From an uncultured archaeon (GTDB taxonomy: Archaea > Iainarchaeota > Iainarchaeia > Iainarchaeales > CSSED10-239): a stretch of 29,625 nucleotides of DNA. Shown here piece by piece: positions 16,648 through 25,150 of this stretch. The position numbers and the translations under genes are program-made. Within the stretch, counting starts at the first letter, position 1, and each line of letters begins with the position of its first letter. The stretch covers positions 1 to 29,625 of the forward strand of contig CAZPGO010000039.1 in NCBI GenBank assembly GCA_964586355.1. Reading direction: 5' to 3'. A model generated the notes under the pieces. The model searched no databases. It was not told the origin of the DNA and saw nothing but the letters and a program-made list of their open reading frames with translations.

Positions 16648-17868
16648 TTATTTATATCTTAATAAAGCAGCAATTCCACCAAACACATTTAGAAATTGAG
16701 CACCTTCTGGGCTATCAATAGATATTAGTGTTACTTTTGTACCCATGTTTTCTGAGATCTCTAATAAGTATTCATAAAGATCAACAATTTCAAATTCTTC
16801 TGCATTGCCTTGACAATTGTCACAAGGCACAACACCTTCTGTTTTTTGTGAGGCTTCTCGTATTATCTTTGTGGTAAAAGTATTACATTTTGGACAAAGA
16901 TATTTAACAATATACCATTCTAAACCTTCTGATAATAATACTAAATCTGCTTTTCCCATATTTATTGCATCAATCACTTCATTATAACCATAAGTTGCTT
17001 CTGCATTTTTTGAAATCAATTCTATAAATTTATCTAATAATTTTCTTTCTTTTACAACACTAGCATCTTTTAATATATCTGAGGACTTATCTAGTGCTTC
17101 TTTTATTCCTGATTCATCAGTATAACAAGTATCAACAGTACCCATAACTAATTGCTTTAGTCTATGATCTAAATTCCCAATATCTAAAAAAAATTGTTTT
17201 GTTAACCCTGGACCACCTACAATAATTCCTTTAAGCTTTGGCTCTTCTAATAATACTGCATTAACCCTTTCTCCAACTCTTTTATAAAAAGACTCAGCAG
17301 CCTTTTCTCTTAGTCTTTCAAAACGAGCAGCAGACTGACCTCCTGCTCTGCTTTTTCCTGGAACTCCACTTGTTTCATGTAAGACTAGCTCGCGCGCTTT
17401 CCCTCTTATGATTGCAACTGTTGCTTCTCTTTTATCTATAACTATCATAGCATAGATCTCATCTGTTTCTGCCATTTCTTCTAAAGGGCCAGTATGAAAA
17501 GAAGAGTCACACCAATATAGCTTAGTTGCTAATGGCTTTGGTGGAGATACAGCTAATAAAATCACATCATTTTTTGCTGGATTTTCTGAAACATTTCCTG
17601 AAAATAAAACAACTCCGTTTTTTGGTAACTTAAAATCAATTTGTCTTAAATAATTTGTTAATCGTCTTAGAGCAGCTTGAACATTTTTTCTAGTTTGTTG
17701 ACTTTTAATATTAGCTGACTGACTAATCTCATCAGTTAATTGTTTAGTCACTGAACTTCTATCAGCACCTGGCGGTAAATATAAACTAATTAACTGAGTA
17801 CCATCGCCTTTATATTTTTTTATTTCTTTTAGTTTTTTTTTTAGTAATAAAACATCTGTTGTATCCAT
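16648..17868 (-). CDS. prf1: Peptide chain release factor aRF1
   Basis: The NIKS stop-codon recognition motif (SANIKSQ, nt 17701..17712) and the GGQ motif (RAGGQSAARF, nt 17335..17343) are both present. The C-terminal domain carries CPKC...CDNC (nt 16813..16896). Length is 406 aa. Confidence 0.95.
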   Translation of the reverse strand: MDTTDVLLLKKKLKEIKKYKGDGTQLISLYLPPGADRSSVTKQLTDEISQSANIKSQQTRKNVQAALRRLTNYLRQIDFKLPKNGVVLFSGNVSENPAKNDVILLAVSPPKPLATKLYWCDSSFHTGPLEEMAETDEIYAMIVIDKREATVAIIRGKARELVLHETSGVPGKSRAGGQSAARFERLREKAAESFYKRVGERVNAVLLEEPKLKGIIVGGPGLTKQFFLDIGNLDHRLKQLVMGTVDTCYTDESGIKEALDKSSDILKDASVVKERKLLDKFIELISKNAEATYGYNEVIDAINMGKADLVLLSEGLEWYIVKYLCPKCNTFTTKIIREASQKTEGVVPCDNCQGNAEEFEIVDLYEYLLEISENMGTKVTLISIDSPEGAQFLNVFGGIAALLRYK

Positions 17869-17984
17869 AAAATCATATTTTTTAAATTTAGAAGTATAGA
17901 TTACAAAAACTTTTTTTAAAAAAAGATTATGAGTTTTTTATTTTTGTAATCATGATAATATTCTCTAAAAATTAAGTATATATA

Positions 17985-18437
17985 TTATTCATTAAATTCT
18001 TCTTTTAAATGTTTTGATTGATAAGGAAAAGAGACCCATAGATCTTCCTTTATCTCATTTATACAAAAATCAGGTTTAAAAGTTTTGTTTTTAGATCTAA
18101 AAAAAACACAAGCAAGATCTATTTTTATAACTGATTTATTTTTTATTACTGGTATTATTTTTTCATAGGTCTCTTCTAAAACATCATCTATTAAAAGAAC
18201 ATTTCCTTTTATTGGTCTTGTAGATGATATTTTATCATCAACATAATAAACTCCATTAACATATTTTGCAGAAACTATTGATAATGGAGTATCTAAGACT
18301 TCTGATAAGATCTTTCCTAGCAAAAGACCACCACGACTAACACAAACTAAAGAATCATAAGTCTTTTTCTCTAATTTAATATTTTTTGCAACTTCTAGTG
18401 CTAAACACTCAAACTCGTTCCAAGACATCTTATACAT
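17985..18437 (-). CDS. Small purine-type phosphoribosyltransferase-like protein with a degenerate PRPP loop
   Basis: The sequence shows the layout of small archaeal/Gpt-like PRTases: SWNEFECLALEVA..., VCVSRGGLLLGKILSE, NVLLIDDVLEETYEKI and a C-terminal WVSFPYQ. The track start at 18455 is TTG, and I place the start at the ATG 18437 (MYKMSW) or 18428 (MSW). The usual DTGxT after the acidic pair is replaced by EETYE. Confidence 0.6.
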   Translation of the reverse strand: MYKMSWNEFECLALEVAKNIKLEKKTYDSLVCVSRGGLLLGKILSEVLDTPLSIVSAKYVNGVYYVDDKISSTRPIKGNVLLIDDVLEETYEKIIPVIKNKSVIKIDLACVFFRSKNKTFKPDFCINEIKEDLWVSFPYQSKHLKEEFNE

Positions 18438-18490
18438 ATATATTTTAATAAACAAAAGTAATTAAAAGGTAATAGAAATTAGAAAAAAAA

Positions 18491-20023
18491 CTAAAAAGCT
18501 TCAAGATCTTTTTTTAAAAGCTCTTTAGAGTCTTCAAAAGATCTACAAAGCCCTGAAAGATTTACTTCTAGATGAGAGTCTTGTGAGTACTTTTTTCTTA
18601 CCTTAAAAAATACTGGATAAGAACTTGCTTCTCCAACAATTAGTGCTTCTCCTACTCTAAGAGAGGTTATCATCTCTATGGATTTTTGATCTAATCCTTC
18701 ACTGGATTCTCCAATATGTTTTAGATCATAGGGATTAGTTATTCTTAGTATTATATGCGTGTTTGCTTGTGAGAGAATAGTTGTGGATAATTTTACAGGT
18801 CTTTGAGAAATTAAGCAAATACTTGATCCAAACTTTCTACCTTCTCTTGCAATTGTTTCTAAAATTCCTTTTGCTAAAGCATTTTCTTTACTTGCCATTT
18901 CTGGAGCAAATTGATGTGCTTCTTCTACTATTAACAAAAATGGTGGCACAGTATTATTTATTCTTCCATAAAATAGTTTGTGTGCAAAATAGTAAAGAAT
19001 TATTTGCTTTTTTTTCTTATTTATTTCTCTAGAAAGATCAATAATAGTTAATTTTCCTGATTCTATGGTGTCAAGTATTGAAGGGGTATCAATCTTTCCA
19101 AATAATCTATATTCTTCTAAGCTCATTAAATGATTAATTACTGTTCTATTTGTTTGATCTTGTTTTTGAGAAAGCTCTAGTTCTTTAATCATCTCTTTTA
19201 AAGAATATGGACCAGCACCATTTTTCTTATCTTGATCTAGTTTATTAATAACCAAAGAGAGTTCTCTTTTCTGAGCTGGGGAGAGATCAGGCAACAAGGA
19301 AAAGAAAAAACCTGGAGATAATCCAGTACACCCTATTCTTATATCCTTAGAGTCTATCTTAATCGCTTTATTAGAATAATCTTTATGCTCCTTATTTTCA
19401 CAAATATTTGAAAAACTGGAATACTCTCCATGTGTGTCTATTAAGATTGTTGCTATTCTTCCTTGTTCTTTTGTTCTATCTAATAACTCTTCTAAAAGAA
19501 CAGAAGTTAAATAACTTTTACCTGCCCCAGATTGTGCTAAGATAGCCAAATGCTTTTGTAATAGTCTATCAAGATTAAATTTAACCTCTAGTTCTGGGTG
19601 TTCTATTTTTCCTAAAAGCAAACCATTTTCTTCAAGATGTAAAAACTTGCTTAATATTTCTGTATCTGCTAAATATACTTTTTCTCCTGGAGAGACTGGC
19701 AAGGTAGATCTAGTAAATCTATTTTCTTTACTTAAAACACCAAGAGGTTTTACAACAGCTTCTAAAAATTCCCAAGAATCGCTTGGAAAGTATTTTGATA
19801 TATCTATGTTTGTATTTTCAAATTCTTTAACAGAATCAGAATTTTCAAAATATCTGTTTCTTTTAATAACATCACTAACTAGCCCAATTAATGAACCTTG
19901 AGAATAATTGATTTGAACATATTCTCCTTTGTGAACATTTTTTCCAGTACATACAAAAGATATTTTGGATGTTGATGGGCTATCTATTGTTGAAATAACA
20001 ATTCCTTGTTCTTTTAATATCAT
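18491..20023 (-). CDS. herA: HerA-type hexameric ATPase/translocase (HAS-barrel + FtsK/HerA-like P-loop, DUF87-type)
   Basis: An N-terminal beta-barrel-like segment (GIVISTIDSPSTSKISFV...GEYVQI...LIGLVSDV) is followed by Walker A HLAILAQSGAGKSYL and Walker B FLLIVEEAHQFAP. Later comes GRKFGSSICLISQRP. Length is 510 aa. There is an ATGA overlap with the upstream gene. Confidence 0.85.
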   Translation of the reverse strand: MILKEQGIVISTIDSPSTSKISFVCTGKNVHKGEYVQINYSQGSLIGLVSDVIKRNRYFENSDSVKEFENTNIDISKYFPSDSWEFLEAVVKPLGVLSKENRFTRSTLPVSPGEKVYLADTEILSKFLHLEENGLLLGKIEHPELEVKFNLDRLLQKHLAILAQSGAGKSYLTSVLLEELLDRTKEQGRIATILIDTHGEYSSFSNICENKEHKDYSNKAIKIDSKDIRIGCTGLSPGFFFSLLPDLSPAQKRELSLVINKLDQDKKNGAGPYSLKEMIKELELSQKQDQTNRTVINHLMSLEEYRLFGKIDTPSILDTIESGKLTIIDLSREINKKKKQIILYYFAHKLFYGRINNTVPPFLLIVEEAHQFAPEMASKENALAKGILETIAREGRKFGSSICLISQRPVKLSTTILSQANTHIILRITNPYDLKHIGESSEGLDQKSIEMITSLRVGEALIVGEASSYPVFFKVRKKYSQDSHLEVNLSGLCRSFEDSKELLKKDLEAF

Positions 20024-20862
20024 AAATTATCCTCTTTTAGAGTTTTACTTCTTTTTATTTCTTTAATAAATTCGTGTTCTAGTTCTTTATCCATTTTTAA
20101 AGACAAAAATTTTTTAAAAGCCTTCTTTTTTACTTCTACTTCTCCACTAGGTAAAACAAAAAAACTACTTACTAAACTTTCTGCTTTTTGTTTTGTGGTT
20201 AATTTGTTTTGACTATATACTAAACAATCAATATCAATTGCTAAAAAATTAAATCTGTTTAAATTATTAAAAATATCATCAGAGTATCCAAATTTTTCAA
20301 CAACTTTTAAGGTTGACCAACAAAATTCATCTAGATAAGCATCTAGTTTTTTTGGATCTTTTAAAAGTGTTTGAACATCTTTGTGGGATAAATAATGAGT
20401 TAACTTAGGACCTTTTTTTTTAGAGTAAAAGGCTTGAGAGACCATCACCCATTCAGGTTTACCATCAATTACTAGTTTTAACATTGCTGCTTTTGGGAAA
20501 AGTCTAGCATTTGTTGATCTATTTGGGTATCTTTTACTTTTTTCTAAATAAATTGTTCTTAGAGAATCTATTACTTTTTGATATTCTAAAGCACTAGTAT
20601 CTGTTAATTTTTCTCCCTCTTTAAATCTTTTTATTGCTACTCTTTTTTTTACTGTTTCTTTTCCATTAAAAAAATTTACTTGCCCTAAATAAACTTCTCC
20701 AAAAACACCAGTACCTAATAAAATTTTAGAACCATTTTTTTTTCTTGCAAAGGATATAGATCTAACATCTGTACTTTTTAGTAAACATTTCTCTAAAGAG
20801 ACAAAAGGTTGTTTTGTTGGCAGATATTTTTTATTAACTTTTGGCTTTTTTTTTAAGATCAT
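20020..20862 (-). CDS. Miniature protein-kinase-like protein, motif-intact paralog
   Basis: The motifs are LGTGVFGEVYLG (GxGxFGxV), VAIK 17 residues after the Val of the Gly-rich loop, hinge-like PEWVMVSQAF, YSDDIFNN (D-x4-N as in HRDLKxxN) and FLAIDID (DFG position). Length is 280 aa with no other domain. The family is not recognised, being neither RIO-like nor Bud32-like by eye. Confidence 0.6.
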   Translation of the reverse strand: MILKKKPKVNKKYLPTKQPFVSLEKCLLKSTDVRSISFARKKNGSKILLGTGVFGEVYLGQVNFFNGKETVKKRVAIKRFKEGEKLTDTSALEYQKVIDSLRTIYLEKSKRYPNRSTNARLFPKAAMLKLVIDGKPEWVMVSQAFYSKKKGPKLTHYLSHKDVQTLLKDPKKLDAYLDEFCWSTLKVVEKFGYSDDIFNNLNRFNFLAIDIDCLVYSQNKLTTKQKAESLVSSFFVLPSGEVEVKKKAFKKFLSLKMDKELEHEFIKEIKRSKTLKEDNL

Positions 20863-20863
20863 A

Positions 20864-21697
20864 TTACTCCAAAAATTTTTCTTTGTTTTCTAATAATAAT
20901 TTTTTTAGTTCCGGATGCATTTCATGTTTTATTAATTCATTAAATAATTTTAGATATTCTTTGTTTTTAAAATTTGGGTTTTCTGTGGCTTTAGTTAAAT
21001 CTATGTGCTCCTTTAGACCAGATAAAATATCACTAGCAACCTCTGGTTTTGTTTTTCTATGACTAATATCAATAACATTAGCAAAATCTATATCCATGGG
21101 TATAAAACTGCTTTCAAGATGATGAGAAAAAACATCTGTAATCATAGACATGTGCTTAGAATTAATAAAACCTTTTTCGCCTAGTCGCAGTAATAACCAA
21201 GTAAATTCTTTAGGGTTTGATTTATATTTAACAGTAACATTTTCAAATTTAGATTTGTTTCCTTTAACAAATGCTTGTGAAACTAAAACCCATTCAGGAC
21301 CAGAACCTAAATCAGCTTTTACCATCCCCATTTTTGGAAGCATCTTTGCTTTTCCAAGTTGCCTTTTTGGAAAAGTTATGTCGTGTTCTAATTCTACTAA
21401 TCTTAAAGCATTAATTACTTTTTGATATTTCCTTGCAGTAACATCATTAATCCTTAATTGCTTTATTCCTTTATTAAATCGTTTAATGGTTACTCTTTTT
21501 CTAACACCATTATTAAAAACTAAATTTCCAAGATAAACATCATGAAATCCACCACCAAGACGAATTGGTTTGTTCTCTTTATCTAATCTTAATGAAACTC
21601 TTCTAACATCTTTTCTTGTAAACTCAGAACCTAGTCTTGGTTTTAAAGAAACTGTTTTTTTTCCTAACCATCTATTTACAAATTTAAAGGGTCTCAT
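20864..21697 (-). CDS. Miniature protein-kinase-like protein, motif-eroded paralog (possible pseudokinase)
   Basis: It is a paralog of the downstream gene. Shared blocks are KRV[AT]IKRF, YQKVI[DN][SA]LR, GPEWV[ML]VSQAF, EF-W...EK, D[IV]F and [AP][IM]DID. The Gly loop is LGGG-FHDVYLG and the catalytic-loop Asn position is His (ITDVFSHH). Length is 277 aa. Confidence 0.55.
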   Translation of the reverse strand: MRPFKFVNRWLGKKTVSLKPRLGSEFTRKDVRRVSLRLDKENKPIRLGGGFHDVYLGNLVFNNGVRKRVTIKRFNKGIKQLRINDVTARKYQKVINALRLVELEHDITFPKRQLGKAKMLPKMGMVKADLGSGPEWVLVSQAFVKGNKSKFENVTVKYKSNPKEFTWLLLRLGEKGFINSKHMSMITDVFSHHLESSFIPMDIDFANVIDISHRKTKPEVASDILSGLKEHIDLTKATENPNFKNKEYLKLFNELIKHEMHPELKKLLLENKEKFLE

Positions 21698-21700
21698 AAA

Positions 21701-22495
21701 TTATCTTATGTAACTTACTGGGGTTTCTTTTTTCTTTTCAAGTTCTTTTATTTTTGAAGTTATCTCATTAAAGGATTCTTCTATTTTTTTTGCTTCTTTA
21801 TTTATTTGCTTAGTATCTATCTTAAAAGGAAACATTTTACAAACAACAGATAAAACACTTTTTGCAGAACCTTGATCTCCAAAAATAAGTTTTTGATCTG
21901 TTTCTCCCATAAAACAACAACCAGGAATCTTATGCTCGTTATATGCTATGCCAACTAACAAACCAGCAACTCCTGAAATTAATGTGTCTGTTGCACTGGA
22001 ATCAAAGATTACTTCTTTTATTTTTTTCTTTTGAATATTTTTTTTAGTTTTTTCATCACTAGTTACTGCTAGAACTCTAGGCTTTTGATTTAGTCTTTTT
22101 TGACCAATATTTAAGCCTGCAAAAGTATAGATCTCTTTTACTCCTACCTTTTTTGCAAAGTTAGAAACAGTCTCAGAAAACTTGTAATGTTGTGTACTGT
22201 TATTAGCACTGGAAAGACTTGGTTGAACTGGTCCAACTAAGAATAAATAATCTCTTTTATTATAATTAAAAACATAAACATCATCAGAAATCAATTCCAA
22301 CAAAGAATTTTTTGCATGAACTGCTGGTGGAAAACTATCTGAGGTTATTTTTGCAAATTGTGTTGGTTTTGGTTTTAGAGAATTAATCAAATAATCTAAA
22401 GTTATTTTTCCAACAAGTCCAATACCAGGCAAACCAACTAACAGCACAGGACTTTTTAATTTTTTATTTTTTAATATTTGTATTTTTGTACTCAT
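21701..22495 (-). CDS. PAC2-family protein (proteasome assembly chaperone-like, PbaA/PbaB type)
   Basis: The N-terminal SPVLLVGLPGIGLVGKITLDYLI is the characteristic PAC2-family opening. The sequence also has ISGVAGLLVG later and a C-terminal coiled-coil tail. Length is 264 aa. Confidence 0.7.
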   Translation of the reverse strand: MSTKIQILKNKKLKSPVLLVGLPGIGLVGKITLDYLINSLKPKPTQFAKITSDSFPPAVHAKNSLLELISDDVYVFNYNKRDYLFLVGPVQPSLSSANNSTQHYKFSETVSNFAKKVGVKEIYTFAGLNIGQKRLNQKPRVLAVTSDEKTKKNIQKKKIKEVIFDSSATDTLISGVAGLLVGIAYNEHKIPGCCFMGETDQKLIFGDQGSAKSVLSVVCKMFPFKIDTKQINKEAKKIEESFNEITSKIKELEKKKETPVSYIR

Positions 22496-22499
22496 ATAA

Positions 22500-23273
22500 T
22501 CACTTTTTTTTTAATTTATCTGGAGCTATTATTTTTAGATCACAATTTTTAAATAATTTTTCTAATGCAGATGATACATCTATATATTTTTTTTGTACTA
22601 ACTTATAGTCTTTTGCAACAATTATTAATTCATATTTTCCTGGAGATAAATAAATTATATTTATATCTTTAAAATCAGTTATTATTTTTAAAAGATTTTT
22701 TTTAATAATATCCACACCATTTTCTTGATTACAAGAAATTTCTAAAACACAACTTATTCTTTTATCTTTTACTGTTATACTTTTTGAAAGAATTTCTAAT
22801 AATTTAGTTGCATATTTTTTATCTATTTCTGGGCAATATTCTACCCCGTATCTTACAACATTTACAAAACCATCATAAAGATTAGGTGTTTTTTCCATTA
22901 ATGGTTCTGCTATTTTTGACCAAGCTAGGTCAAAATCAAGACCTAAGTCTGTTGCAATCGCACTCATTAATCCTTGAGCTCTTTTAAACAAACGATAATC
23001 TGAGATTTTTCTTTTTTCGTCAGCAGCAGACACTCTATTAAAAGAAACATCTATTTGATTTTTTCTAGTATCAATGTGAAGAACTTTTGCTGCTCTTATT
23101 TGATTTAATTTTACATGGTTATGTATGTTTTTTACCCAGGTTGATGAGATCTGAGAAACATGCACAAACCCCTCTATTTCATCATATTCTAATAAAGACA
23201 CAAATACACCAAAATCGGTGATCTTTGTTATTTTACAAACTATTATTTCTGCTATTTTTGGATATTCTATCAT
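22500..23273 (-). CDS. eif2a: Translation initiation factor aIF2 alpha subunit
   Basis: The N-terminal S1 domain (EIIVCKITKITDFGVFVSLLEYDEIEGFVHVSQISSTWVKNI...) is followed by helical and alpha-beta domains. The 257 aa length is typical. Confidence 0.9.
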   Translation of the reverse strand: MIEYPKIAEIIVCKITKITDFGVFVSLLEYDEIEGFVHVSQISSTWVKNIHNHVKLNQIRAAKVLHIDTRKNQIDVSFNRVSAADEKRKISDYRLFKRAQGLMSAIATDLGLDFDLAWSKIAEPLMEKTPNLYDGFVNVVRYGVEYCPEIDKKYATKLLEILSKSITVKDKRISCVLEISCNQENGVDIIKKNLLKIITDFKDINIIYLSPGKYELIIVAKDYKLVQKKYIDVSSALEKLFKNCDLKIIAPDKLKKK

Positions 23274-23291
23274 ATTTTCACTATTTTTAAA

Positions 23292-23849
23292 TTATTCGTA
23301 CTCTTTTACAAAGTTTTTGGAATATAACATATCAAATATATTTTTTGGTAATTCACAAATCATTTCTTTTTCAAAAGGCCCATATTCTTTCATATCTGGT
23401 GCTATAAAAGAGGGTATGTTTTGTAACACAGTTGCTTTTATTATAGGAGCACTGTTTTCAACTTTTGTTTTTTTTGTGCCAAATAAAGAATCTGTATATT
23501 CTTGCTGTCTATCCATTAATTTTAAAACTCCTTTTACAAAATCTATTTCAAAATCTATTAAGTTATCTTCCTTAAAGTCTTTTGTTCTACTATACATTAA
23601 ACATAAATTCAAACATTTTTTTAATCTTATTTCTCTTATTTTTGAAACCATGCTTTTTAGAGCATCATATTTTTTTAATTCTTCTTGACTTAAGGATTCA
23701 ATTGCTGAAAAATATCTTGTTTTTTCTTGAGTTATAAACTTTTTTAGCTCCTTATAAAAGGAAACATCTAATTTTGATAATTTAGGGGATTTTGTTTCTA
23801 GTCTGTATATTCTTCTAAGTTCATCATAGTCTAAAGTATATTCAATCAT
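23292..23849 (-). CDS. GINS subunit (Gins51/Gins15 type)
   Basis: The N-terminal helical A-domain opening is YDELRRIYRLE...L..L...FY. The C-terminal B-domain-like region is ATVLQNIPSFIAPDMKEYGPFEKEMICELPKNIFDMLY. The position immediately downstream of priS, with an ATGA overlap, matches the priS-gins linkage as I recall it from Sulfolobus. Confidence 0.7.
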   Translation of the reverse strand: MIEYTLDYDELRRIYRLETKSPKLSKLDVSFYKELKKFITQEKTRYFSAIESLSQEELKKYDALKSMVSKIREIRLKKCLNLCLMYSRTKDFKEDNLIDFEIDFVKGVLKLMDRQQEYTDSLFGTKKTKVENSAPIIKATVLQNIPSFIAPDMKEYGPFEKEMICELPKNIFDMLYSKNFVKEYE

Positions 23850-25102
23850 ATGGCAACACCTTTTAATATTAAAAATGATGAAACAGCAATAGGTAAATCT
23901 ACTTGTTCATCACTCTCAAACGGTCCATAAACTTGATCTTTTATTCTAAATTTTGGAGTTGGTTTTAAGATTTTTATTTTTTTAAAATTATTCATATCTA
24001 ACACCACAGGATCAAAAAATGCATCAAAATCTTTTAAATTATCAATTTTCTTTATGGTGCTGGATAAAAAACCTGTTCCTCCATGTATAGTATCAGGCAT
24101 CCTCATTATTTTATATATGTCACTTGATGACATTGGATCTATTTTAAAAGATATTTGCGAAATACTAAAATCTATGAGGTTTTGCCAAAATTTAGAACCG
24201 TTATAAAAATTACTGTATAACATATTATTGTACATCTTGTTTAAAATATCATCTTTTTTTTCCAAAAACTGTTCTGCTTTTAACTTACTAAAATTAAAGT
24301 CTTTTTTTAAAGTTTTGTAATCTGCTTGAGAAATATAAGAAATAATAAAATCCAAAATCTTTTTTGACCACCCGCTTACCTTGCCAGGAATTGGGCAACT
24401 CCATTGTTTATTAGAGTATTCAAAACCTAATTGTTTAAGATCTAGATCCTTTCCTAAAATATAGTTCATCATTTGTAGTCTTGCTGATTTTGAGAGACCT
24501 ATAATAGATTTGTTTGTTAGTCTTATATGATACCCTTTAGATCCAGAAAAGCTAATAATAAAAGAATCAGAATCTAAATTAAATTCTTTTTCTAGAAAAT
24601 CAATTAATCTTTTTGTCTCTGTTTTTGCTTTGTTTAAGCAGATATCACAAGTCCATTCTATAATTTCAACAGCAGATTCACACTCAGGGCATTTATCAAT
24701 ATGTCCAAAGCCGTGTTTTTTACAGTTTGGGTTTTTACACACCCAAACATCGTGTTTATTTTGACATTCTAGATCAAAATCATCACTATCAAACTCATAA
24801 ACAATATCCGCACCTAGAAGCTCTTTTTGATCCATAGAGCCGCGTCTATCAGGATAAGTGTAATAACCAACAGAATATGAGATAAAAAAAGGGGTTTTTG
24901 TTCTTAAATAGTCATTAAGTTGATCATTATTTTGAAAAGATAGGTGTCTTGCACTTATTTTTTTTCCAAAATCTCCAATACCAATTTCTCTTTTTTGTAT
25001 CTCTATTGGGCTATCTACATAGTTATTTTTATAGTATTCTTTAAATAAATCTCTTAAATAGTAAATATTTTGAGTAATATTTGAAAGGTTAGAACCATCC
25101 AT
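23846..25102 (-). CDS. priS: DNA primase small (catalytic) subunit PriS
   Basis: The catalytic acidic cluster is IVYEFDSDDFD. A Zn knuckle follows (CKNPNCKKHGFGHIDKCPEC plus further CxxC). The sequence also has FSGSKGYHIR and RMPDTIHGGTG, which are AEP primase motifs. Length is 418 aa. Confidence 0.9.
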   Translation of the reverse strand: MDGSNLSNITQNIYYLRDLFKEYYKNNYVDSPIEIQKREIGIGDFGKKISARHLSFQNNDQLNDYLRTKTPFFISYSVGYYTYPDRRGSMDQKELLGADIVYEFDSDDFDLECQNKHDVWVCKNPNCKKHGFGHIDKCPECESAVEIIEWTCDICLNKAKTETKRLIDFLEKEFNLDSDSFIISFSGSKGYHIRLTNKSIIGLSKSARLQMMNYILGKDLDLKQLGFEYSNKQWSCPIPGKVSGWSKKILDFIISYISQADYKTLKKDFNFSKLKAEQFLEKKDDILNKMYNNMLYSNFYNGSKFWQNLIDFSISQISFKIDPMSSSDIYKIMRMPDTIHGGTGFLSSTIKKIDNLKDFDAFFDPVVLDMNNFKKIKILKPTPKFRIKDQVYGPFESDEQVDLPIAVSSFLILKGVAI

Positions 25103-25150
25103 AAATATAATATATATTAAAAATATTTTAAAATAGACCTTATTTAGAAA

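Noticed and set aside
17952-17958. C-box-like ATGATAA in the 116-nt gap upstream of aRF1 (possible C/D sRNA)
   Set aside because: It is not the RUGAUGA consensus. There is no CUGA D box at an appropriate distance and no terminal stem. The gap is more simply the aRF1 promoter.
18781-21425. Plus-strand ORFs 18781..19032, 19647..19901, 20841..21062 and 21150..21425
   Set aside because: They are antisense to herA and the two kinase-like genes. They have no start context or motifs, while the sense frames carry Walker and kinase motifs.
20020-21697. Possibility that the two ORFs upstream of herA are divergent NurA nucleases
   Set aside because: NurA is an RNase-H-like fold with scattered D/E/H catalytic residues. 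These ORFs instead show a Gly-rich loop followed by VAIK and D-x4-N / DxD blocks in kinase order, and they are shorter than the NurA proteins I know. This still needs a profile or structure search.
21701-21718. C-terminal HbYX proteasome-activating motif on the PAC2-family protein
   Set aside because: The C-terminus is ...PVSYIR. The Tyr is antepenultimate, not penultimate, so it does not match hydrophobic-Tyr-X.
23218-23688. Plus-strand 156-aa ORF
   Set aside because: It is antisense to the GINS gene and the start of aIF2alpha. The hydrophobic, low-complexity translation is a shadow ORF.
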